Positions 1-9,677 of a stretch of 64,000 nucleotides of DNA are shown one piece after another. The DNA is taken from assembly GCA_024635795.1 (NCBI GenBank), contig JAGXIH010000023.1, positions 10,441-74,440 on the forward strand, read 5' to 3'. Every line of letters begins with the position of its first letter. Within the stretch, counting starts at the first letter, position 1. The notes below the pieces were generated by a model, which saw nothing but the letters and a program-made list of their open reading frames with translations, searched no databases and was not told the origin of the DNA. The translations under genes were made by a program, and so were the position numbers. This DNA is from Salegentibacter sp. Lineage in GTDB: Bacteria > Bacteroidota > Bacteroidia > Flavobacteriales > Flavobacteriaceae.

Positions 1-430
1 AAAATTCTTAAAACGTATTCCGCAGGATAAAATGGACTGGAGGCCTCATCCAAAATCGATGAGCATCCGGCAGCTGGCAAACCATCTTGCAGAAATTCCC
101 AGCTGGATCACCGCCACTATGGAAATGGATGAAATGGATATGGAGGGTTACAAATCTCCGGATTTCGGAGAAATTGAGGAAATCTTAGAGGTGCTTCTTA
201 ACAACACCTCAGAAGCGGAGGCAGCCCTGAAAAAACCGGATTCCGCTTTTGAGGAGAACTGGAAAATGGTTCAGGAGGGAAAAATCCTTATGGATATGCC
301 AAGATTCAATGTACTGCGAATGATGGTATTGAATCAGATTCCGCATCACCGGGCCCAATTGGGGGTCTATTTCAGATTATTAGATATTCCCGTTCCGGCT
401 ACTTACGGCCCATCGGCAGATGAGCAATAG
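1..430 (+). CDS. DinB/YfiT-like metal-binding protein (5'-truncated by window edge)
   Basis: Frame is open from the window start (KFLKRIPQDKMDWRPHPKSM). Contains the DinB-type LANHLAE and HHRAQLGVYFRLL motifs. Confidence 0.85.
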   Translation, partial: KFLKRIPQDKMDWRPHPKSMSIRQLANHLAEIPSWITATMEMDEMDMEGYKSPDFGEIEEILEVLLNNTSEAEAALKKPDSAFEENWKMVQEGKILMDMPRFNVLRMMVLNQIPHHRAQLGVYFRLLDIPVPATYGPSADEQ

Positions 431-447
431 TTTTCTAAGAAAAGCTG

Positions 448-455
448 TAGCTTTG
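448..455 (+). promoter_or_regulatory. Bacteroidota sigma-A -7 element (TAGCTTTG)
   Basis: Matches TAnnTTTG, 16 nt before ATG 472. Confidence 0.55.
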
Positions 456-471
456 CAGCAAATTTCGAAAT

Positions 472-672
472 ATGCAGGCATTAAAAGAACAATTTCAAAA
501 ATTTTATACGCCTAAACGATGCCTGATCAATGCCGGGATCATGTTCGCTGCTGTAGCCTTCTTCTTAACCCAGAAACCCGAGGAGTTTCTTCTACCTATA
601 GGCTTTGGTGTAATTGGAGCATTGTATTTACTCGGATTTATCTATCTGAAAAACAGGCCAGAAAGTAAATAA
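472..672 (+). CDS. Small hypothetical membrane protein (2 TM)
   Basis: 66 aa ORF with two hydrophobic segments and its own promoter motif. Confidence 0.65.
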   Translation: MQALKEQFQKFYTPKRCLINAGIMFAAVAFFLTQKPEEFLLPIGFGVIGALYLLGFIYLKNRPESK

Positions 673-736
673 ACAGACTTTTGGCAATATTTTCCCATTT
701 TCAGGAATTTAGCAGGGGATTCTTTAAAAATAGGCG

Positions 737-744
737 TACCTTTG
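737..744 (+). promoter_or_regulatory. Bacteroidota -7 promoter element of typA (TACCTTTG)
   Basis: TAnnTTTG match upstream of ATG 771. Confidence 0.6.
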
Positions 745-770
745 CAGACTTTTAAAAATGAGGCGCTTAT

Positions 771-2570
771 ATGACAGCTATTAAAAACATTGCAATTATT
801 GCTCACGTTGACCACGGAAAAACTACCCTGGTTGATAAAATAATGTATCATTGCCGCTTGTTTCGCGACAATCAAAACACCGGGGATCTTATCCTTGATA
901 GTAACGATCAGGAACGGGAACGCGGAATTACCATTACTTCTAAGAACGTTTCTGTAGTATATAAAGACACTAAGATTAATATAATTGATACTCCTGGTCA
1001 CGCCGATTTTGGTGGAGAAGTAGAAAGGGTATTGAATATGGCCGATGGGGTATTGCTTTTGGTAGATGCCTTTGAAGGTCCTATGCCTCAAACCCGTTTT
1101 GTACTTCAAAAAGCTATCGACCTGGGGCTTAAGCCTTGTGTTGTGGTGAATAAAGTAGATAAGCCAAACTGTACTCCCGAAGAAGTTCATGAGAAAGTTT
1201 TTGATCTTATGTTTGAACTTGGAGCTGAAGAATGGCAGCTTGATTTTCCAACGGTTTACGGTTCTGCCCTGAATAACTGGATGAGCGACGATCCCAATGT
1301 TAAAACCGAAAATATAGAGCCACTTTTAGATATGGTTCTTGAACATATTCCTTCTCCGAAGATCGAGGAAGGAAGCACACAAATGCTAATCACTTCTTTA
1401 GACTTTTCTTCCTTCACCGGAAGAATAGCCATTGGCCGACTTCAACGTGGAACGCTGAAAGAAGGAATGCCGGTTTCGCTTGTAAAACGAGACGGATCCA
1501 TTAAAAAAACCAGAATAAAGGAACTTTTTACTTTTGAAGGTCTTGGCCGTTTAAAGGTACAGGAAGTGCAGGCGGGTGATATTTGTGCCCTGGTTGGGCT
1601 TGAAGGTTTCGAGATTGGTGATACCATCGCCGATATTGAAAATCCTGAAGGTCTTAAAACCATTGCTATCGATGAGCCTACAATGAGTATGTTGTTCACG
1701 ATCAATGATTCTCCTTTCTTTGGAAAAGATGGTAAATATGTAACCTCAAGACACATCAAGGAACGTTTGACCAAGGAATTGGAAAAGAACCTTGCACTAA
1801 GAGTAGAAGAAACCGATAGCGCCGATAAATTTTTGGTTTACGGTCGTGGAGTAATGCACCTTTCTGTTTTGATCGAAACGATGAGAAGAGAAGGTTACGA
1901 ACTTCAGATAGGTCAACCACAGGTGATCATCAGGGAAATTGACGGCGTAAAAATGGAGCCTGTAGAAGAGTTAACCATTGATCTTCCTGAAGAAGTTTCA
2001 GGAAAAGCCGTTGAAATGGTGACGATGAGAAAAGGGGAGATGCTAAGCATGGAAACCCGGGGCGATCGTATGATCATTCAGTTTATGATCCCTTCAAGGG
2101 GAATAATCGGGATGAGAAACCAGTTGCTTACCGCTACTGCAGGGGAGGCTATTATGGCCCACCGCTTTAAAGAATACCAGCCTTTAAAAGGTGGAATTCC
2201 GCAGCGACAAAACGGTTCTCTTATCTCTATGGAAAGAGGAAAGGCTATTCCTTATTCTATTGATAAGCTTCAGGACCGCGGTAAATTTTTCGTAGATCCG
2301 GGTGAGGATATTTATGAAGGACAGGTTATTGGTGAAAATTCACGTCAGGATGATATGGCTGTAAATATTACCAAAACCAAGAAACTTTCTAACGTACGTT
2401 CTTCTGGAGCCGATGATAAGGCTAAGATCGTACCGGCAGTTAAGTTCTCGCTGGAAGAAGCACTGGAATATATTCAGAAAGATGAGTATGTTGAGGTAAC
2501 TCCAAAGCATATTAGACTTAGAAAGATCTACCTCACCGAGAACGAGCGTAAGAGAAATAAAATAGTTTAA
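771..2570 (+). CDS. typA: Translational GTPase TypA/BipA
   Basis: AHVDHGKTT, ERERGITI, DTPGHADFGGEVER and NKVD motifs, plus the BipA C-terminus (EVTPKHIRLRK). Confidence 0.98.
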   Translation: MTAIKNIAIIAHVDHGKTTLVDKIMYHCRLFRDNQNTGDLILDSNDQERERGITITSKNVSVVYKDTKINIIDTPGHADFGGEVERVLNMADGVLLLVDAFEGPMPQTRFVLQKAIDLGLKPCVVVNKVDKPNCTPEEVHEKVFDLMFELGAEEWQLDFPTVYGSALNNWMSDDPNVKTENIEPLLDMVLEHIPSPKIEEGSTQMLITSLDFSSFTGRIAIGRLQRGTLKEGMPVSLVKRDGSIKKTRIKELFTFEGLGRLKVQEVQAGDICALVGLEGFEIGDTIADIENPEGLKTIAIDEPTMSMLFTINDSPFFGKDGKYVTSRHIKERLTKELEKNLALRVEETDSADKFLVYGRGVMHLSVLIETMRREGYELQIGQPQVIIREIDGVKMEPVEELTIDLPEEVSGKAVEMVTMRKGEMLSMETRGDRMIIQFMIPSRGIIGMRNQLLTATAGEAIMAHRFKEYQPLKGGIPQRQNGSLISMERGKAIPYSIDKLQDRGKFFVDPGEDIYEGQVIGENSRQDDMAVNITKTKKLSNVRSSGADDKAKIVPAVKFSLEEALEYIQKDEYVEVTPKHIRLRKIYLTENERKRNKIV

Positions 2571-2583
2571 GATAATTAATAAT

Positions 2584-2619
2584 AAAAGACGCCATAGCAA
2601 TAGCTGCGGCGTCTTTTTT
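2584..2619 (+). terminator. Intrinsic terminator of typA
   Basis: AAAAGACGCC...GGCGTCTTTT stem followed by a T-run. Confidence 0.75.
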
Positions 2620-2632
2620 ATTTTTGCTGAAT

Positions 2633-2893
2633 ATGGAAATATTAGGAATTAGTCTTACCGAATGGATCGGCTATATCGCTTCTTTTTTTGTGGCGATATC
2701 TTTCTTTATGAAAAACATCATCACCCTTAGGATCGTGAATTCTATTGGCTGTATTGCTTTTATAATTTACGGAGTAATGATAGATTCGTGGCCTGTGATT
2801 GCCACCAATGCTATAATTGTTGGAGTGAATTTTTATTATCTGTTTATCAATAAGACCACTACTCGCGTACCGGCAGATGAAGTAAAGCCCTAA
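2633..2893 (+). CDS. YgjV-like small inner-membrane protein
   Basis: Three TM segments (EWIGYIAS...LRIVNSIGC...WPVIATN). ATG 2633 is preferred over TTG 2624, which lies inside the promoter motif. Confidence 0.75.
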   Translation: MEILGISLTEWIGYIASFFVAISFFMKNIITLRIVNSIGCIAFIIYGVMIDSWPVIATNAIIVGVNFYYLFINKTTTRVPADEVKP

Positions 2894-2895
2894 AT

Positions 2896-3028
2896 CCGCC
2901 CGACCCCTAAGGGGGAGCGGAAGACCGTTCTCAAAATTATTATCTACATTCTACTAGCTGGCAGCACTTTGATTTTACGAAAGCCTTAAAAGGAATTGGA
3001 ATAAGTTCCCCTTTCGGGGGCTAGGGGG
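2896..3028. repeat. Inverted pair of REP-like C/G-rich palindromes
   Basis: CCGCCCGACCCCTAAGGGGGAG at 2896 and TTCCCCTTTCGGGGGCTAGGGGG at 3006-3028, in opposite orientation between convergent genes. Confidence 0.6.
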
Positions 3029-3031
3029 TTT

Positions 3032-3715
3032 CTAAACCGATTTCTGTACCACCTCGAATACCCTTTGTCCGTCACATTTCAATGTTTTAGACGGATATTT
3101 CAGTAGGAGCGCATAATCATGCGTAGCCATGAGAATGGTATTTCCGTTTTTACTTATCTCCTGAAGCACCTCCATCACTTCTACTGAAGTTTGAGGATCA
3201 AGATTCCCCGTTGGTTCGTCGGCCAGAATAAGTTCGGGGTCATTGAGCAGGGCCCTGGCAATAGCAACACGTTGCTGTTCTCCTCCTGAAAGCTGATACG
3301 GATATTTAAAGCCTTTACTTTTCATTCCTACTTTATCAAGCACCTCATCGATTTTATGATCCATCGCCTTTTGGTCCTTCCAGCCGGTAGCTTTAAGTAC
3401 AAAGAGTAGGTTGTCTTTTATATTGCGATCGGTGAGCAGTTTGAAATCCTGGAATACTATCCCCAGTTTTCGACGTAAATAGGGGATATCCTTTTCCTTG
3501 AGAGTCCTCAGGTTGTAATCTACAATAGTGCCTTCTCCCTCGGTTAGGGGAAGGTCTCCGTAAAGGGTTTTCATAAAACTACTTTTTCCCGTTCCGGTCT
3601 TTCCGATAAGGTAAACAAACTCACCTTTGTTTACGGTTACATCAACCTCTGATAAAATAAGGCTTTCCCGTTGATAAATAGCGGCATTTTTAAGGTCCAG
3701 AATGGTCTCTGACAT
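3032..3715 (-). CDS. FtsE-like ABC ATPase (no adjacent permease)
   Basis: Walker [32 protein letters not shown], and the FtsE-type segment [18 protein letters not shown]. Confidence 0.9.
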   Translation of the reverse strand: MSETILDLKNAAIYQRESLILSEVDVTVNKGEFVYLIGKTGTGKSSFMKTLYGDLPLTEGEGTIVDYNLRTLKEKDIPYLRRKLGIVFQDFKLLTDRNIKDNLLFVLKATGWKDQKAMDHKIDEVLDKVGMKSKGFKYPYQLSGGEQQRVAIARALLNDPELILADEPTGNLDPQTSVEVMEVLQEISKNGNTILMATHDYALLLKYPSKTLKCDGQRVFEVVQKSV

Positions 3716-3865
3716 AGATTTTATGATTTAATGGTAAAAGTAAGAACTAATTTTACATAGTCAAACAGGTTAAAGCTTAAGATTGTCTCTGAATAACGGG
3801 AATAATAAAATTGAAATTGTGGAAAACAAATGCTTATTTTTATAGTCCTTAAAATCCCAAAGTCT

Positions 3866-4438
3866 ATGAAACCAGTCTTATTAGTAATCGTAACTTTTAT
3901 TTTATCTATTAATTTTGCAACAGCCCAGAAAGGTGATGCCATGCATCCTATTGTTAAAGGTTTTGGAGGTGTCTATGAGATCGAGGATGCAGTTGAAATA
4001 CCTGAAAATAAAAAAACGAAGATCCTGGTTGATCTGATGAAAGCGGAAACCAACAGGGGTAATCCCGATGCCGAACCTGATTTTTCCAAACCCATCTGGG
4101 GACTTGTAAACACTGCTCGCCTACTAAACTTACACGGCGTTGGAGGAGTATCAAAGGAAAATCTGGAGGTTATTGTTGTGGTTCATGGGACAGCAGTAAT
4201 GTCTCTCTTCGGGGATAAAACATATAAGGAATTTTTTGAAACCAAATACGATAATCCAAATTTGCCAATTCTGGAAGCTTTGCACGATGCCGGGGTAAGG
4301 GTTGTGGTTTGCGGACAATCTCTTTTAGCCAGAGATGTGAAAAAGGAGCAATTATTCAAACATACGGAAATAGCTCTGTCTGCATTAACTACTATCTCCA
4401 AAAGAGTGCAGGAGGGTTACGTGGTTTACAAATTTTAA
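3866..4438 (+). CDS. Secreted DsrE/DsrF-like family protein
   Basis: Signal peptide from ATG 3866, with VVVHG and VCGQSL motifs. Confidence 0.8.
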   Translation: MKPVLLVIVTFILSINFATAQKGDAMHPIVKGFGGVYEIEDAVEIPENKKTKILVDLMKAETNRGNPDAEPDFSKPIWGLVNTARLLNLHGVGGVSKENLEVIVVVHGTAVMSLFGDKTYKEFFETKYDNPNLPILEALHDAGVRVVVCGQSLLARDVKKEQLFKHTEIALSALTTISKRVQEGYVVYKF

Positions 4439-4637
4439 AACTTTCTTCATTTACACCACTATTTGTTTTTTAGGTTGCTGTATGCCAGTTGATTGTGATG
4501 AGCTTGCTTAAAAAGGTTCAACTGCAAAAATTTTGTCAGCTTAAACAACTTCTTCTCCGGAAAATGGAAGGGATTCTATTTTTTTGCCCTTAACATAATT
4601 ATCACTTTAAACCTGCGTTAATAAAGCAGCGTTTAAA

Positions 4638-4645
4638 TATCTTTG
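4638..4645 (+). promoter_or_regulatory. -7 promoter element (TATCTTTG) of the TPR/beta-barrel pair
   Basis: TAnnTTTG match 23 nt before ATG 4669. Confidence 0.55.
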
Positions 4646-4668
4646 ACCATCAACTTAAAAAAATATTC

Positions 4669-7600
4669 ATGAGACTTAACAAGGCATTCCTGCTTATTGC
4701 TTTCCTTTTTCTCTCTGTTTCGGGAATCGCACAGCAGTCGGCAGCTTATACCCATGAGCTGGCCGATTTTAATCGTGCGCTCGAGCTTTATAACAATCAA
4801 CAATATCTCGCTGCCCAAAACCTTTTTGATGAGGTGATGGATGAGACCGAAGACGAAAAAATCAAGGGCGATTGCGCTTACTATATCGCCAATGCTGCGG
4901 TGCGGCTTAATCAACCCGGCGCCGACAGGCTAATGGAGAGATTTGTGACCCGTTATCCAACCAGTACAAAAACCAATACGGCCTATATAGATGTGGCCGA
5001 CTATTATTTTGAAACAGGAAAATATTCTCTTGCCCGTAAATGGTATGATAAAGTAGACGAGAATAGCATGAGTCGTAAAGACCGCGAACGCTACTACTTC
5101 AATAATGGATATGCCTATTTTAGAACAAACCAGTATGACCAGGCGAAAACCTACCTGGAGCGTGTTCGGGATTCCAAAGAGTATGGTGCTCAGGCAAAAT
5201 ATTATATAGGTTACATGGCCTATGAAGGCGATGATTACGAAGCGGCCAATGAAAACTTTGAAGAGATTAAAGACAACGATCGCTACAGCGAAAACCTGTC
5301 TTATTTCCAGGCCGATATGAACTTCAAACTGGGGAATTTTGAGGAAGCTATCAAATTAGGAAAGGAACAATTACCAAACTCAACCAGAATAGAACAATCT
5401 GAACTCAATAAAATAATTGGAGAAAGTTATTTTAACCTTCAGCAATATGAGGAGGCTATTCCTTACCTGAAAGAGTATCGTGGAATGCGCGGCAAGTGGA
5501 ATAACACCGATTATTATCAGCTGGGATATGCTTATTACAAGCAGGGCGATTATGAGAATGCGGTTTCAGAATTCAATAAAATTATCGACGGAAAAAATGC
5601 CGTGGCTCAAAATGCTTACTATCACCTGGCCCAGAGTTACCTGAATCTGGATAAGAAGCAGGAGGCGCTGAACGCATTCAAAAATGCCAGTGAAATGGAC
5701 TTTGATGCTAAAATAAAAGAAGATGCACACCTTAATTACGCCAAACTCAGCTACGAGATCGGGAATTCCTATGAGAGTCCTTCGCAAGTGCTTATCACTT
5801 TTCTTGAAACCTATCCTGAATCTGAAGCGAAGTCTGAGATTGAAACTCTACTTATAGATTCTTTTATCACCTCAAAGAATTATGAGGAAGCGATGCGACT
5901 TTTGGAGGACAACCGCAACTTCAGCGATAAGCAGGCTTACCAGAAAGTAGCTTACTACTACGGTTTGGAGCTTTATGAAGAAGGAGATTACCAGGAAGCT
6001 ATCAAAAACTTTGAAAAAGCTCTCTCTGAACCACGAAATCCGAAGATTACCGCACAGGCTACCTACTGGAAGGCCGAGAGTGAATTCAGCATAAACCGAA
6101 TTGACGATGCGATCATTGGATACCGGGAATTCAGTGGAATGAGCGCTGCCCAGGGTACTCCTGAAATGGAAAACCTGGATTACAATCTTGGCTACGCCTA
6201 TTTTAAGAAAAATGAGTATGCCCGAGCCGCCGATTACTTTAAAAAATACACTTCAGATAATTCGAAAGATGTTGCCAGACGAAATGACGCGTTACTAAGA
6301 CTGGGCGACAGTTATTTTGTAACAAGCCAGTACTGGCCGGCAATGGAAGCATACAATAAAGCCATAGATAATAATGTGTCCAACAGCGATTATGCAGCTT
6401 TTCAGAAAGCGATCAGCTACGGATTTGTAGGTAGAAACGAGACAAAGATAGAGGAATTAAACAGCTTTGTAAATCGTTACTCCCGTTCATCTTACCGCGA
6501 TGATGCTTTGTACGAACTGGGAAATACTTATGTAGCCATGAACAATACTTCCCAGGCTATTCAGGCTTATAATCGATTGATCAGGGATGTTTCAGGAAGT
6601 TCTTTCGTGCCGAAAGCTATGCTAAGAAAAGCTTTGATCTATTATAATTCAGACCAGGGTGAAAAGGCGCTTACCGACCTTAAGAGAATAGTAAACGACT
6701 ATCCCAATACTCCTGAAGCTATGCAGGCGGTATCTACCGCAAGAATGGTGTATGTTGATCTTGGCCGTACCGATGAATATGCTAACTGGGTTAGAAATGT
6801 TGATTTCGTTGAAGTAACTGATGCTGATCTGGATGATACTACCTATGAAGCTGCCGAGAATCAGTATTTCAATAATAATAATGAACGCGCCATCAGCGGG
6901 TTTGAGAAATATCTTCAGAGCTTCCCGAACGGGATTCATTCCATAAACGCTAATTTCTATCTGGCCCAGCTCTATTATCGCCAAGGGAGCAAAGACAAGT
7001 CTGAAAGGCATTATGAATTCGTCGTGGACAAACCTAAGAATGAATTCACCGAGCAGTCTTTAGCGAGATTGTCAGAGATCAAACTTGAAAAAAGTCAGTA
7101 TCGCGAGGCCGTTCCTCTACTGGAAAGATTGGAGAAAGAGGCCTCTTCCGAAGAGAACAGGATCTATGCCCAGTCTAACTTGATGAAATCTTACGATGAA
7201 TTGGATAGACCTGATTTAGCGGCTTCTTACGCCGAAAAAGTACTCAGGAATTCCCAGGCCGATACCCGTGCTAAAACCGATGCGCAACTTATCGTAGCCC
7301 GATCGGCTATTAAAAATGGAGATGAGGCCCGTGCTAAAGCCGCCTATGCTGAAGTGCAAAAGAACGCCAAGGGAGAACTCGCTGCCGAAGCCTTGTATTA
7401 TGATGCTTACTTTAAGCACAAAGCCGGGAATTATGAAGCCTCTAATGCTGCGGTTCAAATCCTGGCGAAAGATTTTTCGGGATACAAGCGTTGGGGTGCA
7501 AAAGGTCTCGTGTTAATGGGTAAAAACTTTTACCAGCTTGACGATGCCTACCAGGCCACCTATATCCTGGAGAATGTGATCAAGAATTTTGGGAACTATC

Positions 7601-7689
7601 CCGACATTGTGCAGGAAGCCGAAACCGAACTATCACGCATAAAAGCTGAAGAGGCGAAAACCAACTCTTCAGTAGAAACAAATAATTAA
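4669..7689 (+). CDS. Large periplasmic tetratricopeptide-repeat protein
   Basis: Signal peptide and TPR-type repeats (YYxLGYAYF...A..F) over about 1000 aa. Confidence 0.92.
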   Translation: MRLNKAFLLIAFLFLSVSGIAQQSAAYTHELADFNRALELYNNQQYLAAQNLFDEVMDETEDEKIKGDCAYYIANAAVRLNQPGADRLMERFVTRYPTSTKTNTAYIDVADYYFETGKYSLARKWYDKVDENSMSRKDRERYYFNNGYAYFRTNQYDQAKTYLERVRDSKEYGAQAKYYIGYMAYEGDDYEAANENFEEIKDNDRYSENLSYFQADMNFKLGNFEEAIKLGKEQLPNSTRIEQSELNKIIGESYFNLQQYEEAIPYLKEYRGMRGKWNNTDYYQLGYAYYKQGDYENAVSEFNKIIDGKNAVAQNAYYHLAQSYLNLDKKQEALNAFKNASEMDFDAKIKEDAHLNYAKLSYEIGNSYESPSQVLITFLETYPESEAKSEIETLLIDSFITSKNYEEAMRLLEDNRNFSDKQAYQKVAYYYGLELYEEGDYQEAIKNFEKALSEPRNPKITAQATYWKAESEFSINRIDDAIIGYREFSGMSAAQGTPEMENLDYNLGYAYFKKNEYARAADYFKKYTSDNSKDVARRNDALLRLGDSYFVTSQYWPAMEAYNKAIDNNVSNSDYAAFQKAISYGFVGRNETKIEELNSFVNRYSRSSYRDDALYELGNTYVAMNNTSQAIQAYNRLIRDVSGSSFVPKAMLRKALIYYNSDQGEKALTDLKRIVNDYPNTPEAMQAVSTARMVYVDLGRTDEYANWVRNVDFVEVTDADLDDTTYEAAENQYFNNNNERAISGFEKYLQSFPNGIHSINANFYLAQLYYRQGSKDKSERHYEFVVDKPKNEFTEQSLARLSEIKLEKSQYREAVPLLERLEKEASSEENRIYAQSNLMKSYDELDRPDLAASYAEKVLRNSQADTRAKTDAQLIVARSAIKNGDEARAKAAYAEVQKNAKGELAAEALYYDAYFKHKAGNYEASNAAVQILAKDFSGYKRWGAKGLVLMGKNFYQLDDAYQATYILENVIKNFGNYPDIVQEAETELSRIKAEEAKTNSSVETNN

Positions 7690-7711
7690 AAGTCACTCAA
7701 TCTACCTGAAT

Positions 7712-9448
7712 ATGAATAAAGTTTCGATAAAAGGAAGTCTGTTTTTAAGTTTATTCTTGCTAAGCGGAGTTCTTTTTGCCCAGGACCCCATTGGAAGTGA
7801 AACCGTAACGGTAATTAAACCATATACTCCCGAGGTTGGAGATGCTAATAAAATAAGGGAAAGTCCGGTAAGGGCAGACTCTGTTGACCTGGAAAAGAAA
7901 CCGGTGAAATACAGTATATTTTCTGTACCGGTTGCTTCAACTTTTACACCTTCCAAGGGTCGTGCTACCACTGTGGAGCGCGCCCGGCCGGTAAAAGTTT
8001 ACGATAATTACGCTACCCTGGGTTTCGGAAATTATACGAATGCTCTGGCCGAGTTTTACAGCAATTTGGAGGTGAACCGTAGCGATAACTTCGGAATTTA
8101 CCTGCGGCACAATTCTTCGCAGGGAGGAATAGATGGGGTTGTTCTGGATGATAAGTTCTATGACACCGAAATGAACCTTAGTTATACTTCCCGCAATCGC
8201 GATCTGGGTTGGAAGACCGAAATTGGAGGGGAACATCAGTTATTTAACTGGTATGGGCTGGATCCATCGGCTAATCTGAGCGATAACCAGATTGCGGCCA
8301 TAGATCCTAAGCAGAATTACTATTCGGTGTATGCAGGGGGGCAAGTTGAACTTTACGATTCATTCTTCGATAATGCTGAAGCCACTTTCAGGCATACCGG
8401 GGATTCCTATAAAACAGCCGAGAACCATCTTGATGCCACCGGTACCTTTGAATTCAATATCGCCGATGAGCTAATCACCACAAATATCTATGCCGATATT
8501 TTGAATGCGAAGTTTGAAGAGACTTATTTCAACAGTGCTTCAGGTATGGATTTTACCTTTATGAATTTCGGTATTGCTCCAAGTTTGCTGGTATTGCGGG
8601 ATGATCTGACCCTGGATCTGGGGTTTGCATTTTTTTACAGTATGGATGCAGAGAATTCTGATAATAATTTTTATATCTATCCAAGAGTATCGGCGAGTTA
8701 TCGCCTGGCCGGGGAATACTTCACGGCCTATGCCGGAGTGGAGGGGGATCTTGAGCAAAACACCTACTATAATTTTGTTCAGCAAAATCCATATTTGTCG
8801 CCCAATACAGAAATAAGACCTACCAATAAGGAATACAACGCTTATGTTGGAGCCAAAGGTAAATTGAGCAATAGTATAGGCTACAACCTGAGAGGTAGTT
8901 ATGTTTCTGAACTCGATAAAAGTTTATTCAGAAGGAATCCTTACGGGAGTATTAATAATGATAATGACTACACTTACGGAAACTCATTTAATGTGCGTTA
9001 TGATGACGTAAAAACCCTTTCGGTTTTTGGAGAAATAAGCGTAGATGTAAATCGTGATTTCAGACTTGCGATAAACGCCGAAGCATTTGATTATTCCACC
9101 GACACAGAAACCGAGGCCTGGAACCTACCAGATTTTAAAGCCTCCTTAAATGCCGATTATCAGATCACCGAAAAATGGTATTCCGGAGCCAATATTTTCT
9201 ATGTAGGAGAAAGAAAGGATTTGAGAAGTTATGGAGATACGCAGCTAATGGACACCGCTCCTGAAACAGTCAGCCTTGATTCCTATCTGGATCTTAACGC
9301 TCATTTAGGTTACCGCTTTAACGATCAGCTTTCAACTTTTGTCAAAGGGAGTAATCTTTTAAATAACGATTATATGCGTTGGACTAATTTTCAGGTTCAG
9401 GGCCTTCAGGTGCTGGCAGGAGTGACTTATAAATTCGATTTCCAATAA
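7712..9448 (+). CDS. Outer-membrane beta-barrel protein (TonB-dependent-receptor-like C-terminus)
   Basis: Signal peptide, ETVTV TonB-box-like motif, alternating beta-strand pattern, and C-terminal NLLN...GVTYKFDF. Confidence 0.85.
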   Translation: MNKVSIKGSLFLSLFLLSGVLFAQDPIGSETVTVIKPYTPEVGDANKIRESPVRADSVDLEKKPVKYSIFSVPVASTFTPSKGRATTVERARPVKVYDNYATLGFGNYTNALAEFYSNLEVNRSDNFGIYLRHNSSQGGIDGVVLDDKFYDTEMNLSYTSRNRDLGWKTEIGGEHQLFNWYGLDPSANLSDNQIAAIDPKQNYYSVYAGGQVELYDSFFDNAEATFRHTGDSYKTAENHLDATGTFEFNIADELITTNIYADILNAKFEETYFNSASGMDFTFMNFGIAPSLLVLRDDLTLDLGFAFFYSMDAENSDNNFYIYPRVSASYRLAGEYFTAYAGVEGDLEQNTYYNFVQQNPYLSPNTEIRPTNKEYNAYVGAKGKLSNSIGYNLRGSYVSELDKSLFRRNPYGSINNDNDYTYGNSFNVRYDDVKTLSVFGEISVDVNRDFRLAINAEAFDYSTDTETEAWNLPDFKASLNADYQITEKWYSGANIFYVGERKDLRSYGDTQLMDTAPETVSLDSYLDLNAHLGYRFNDQLSTFVKGSNLLNNDYMRWTNFQVQGLQVLAGVTYKFDFQ

Positions 9449-9468
9449 AACATTTTTTATAAATTTTT

Positions 9469-9499
9469 AAAAGCATTCCGGTTTTCGGGATGCTTTTTT
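9469..9499 (+). terminator. Intrinsic terminator
   Basis: AAAAGCATTCCG-GTTTT-CGGGATGCTTTTTT. Confidence 0.75.
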
Positions 9500-9677
9500 G
9501 TTTTAAATCATATATGATTCGGGATTATTTCTGCATTTCATCGAGTAATTTTCTTATTACCAACAGTTTATTGTTTTTTTATAAATGCATTACTTAACGT
9601 TTAGGCAACATTGGTAACTAAATATTAATATAATATTGCAGCGCATAAATTTTAATCTGTTTCTATCCCCAAATTAA

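Noticed and set aside
642-1190. 182-aa antisense ORF over typA, and similar ones (20866-21453, 37321-37827, 59156-59662, etc.)
   Set aside because: These are shadow ORFs opposite well-conserved genes and show no recognisable motifs.
3032-3715. Assigning the symbol ftsE
   Set aside because: The sequence is FtsE-like but there is no adjacent ftsX, so it may be a paralog.
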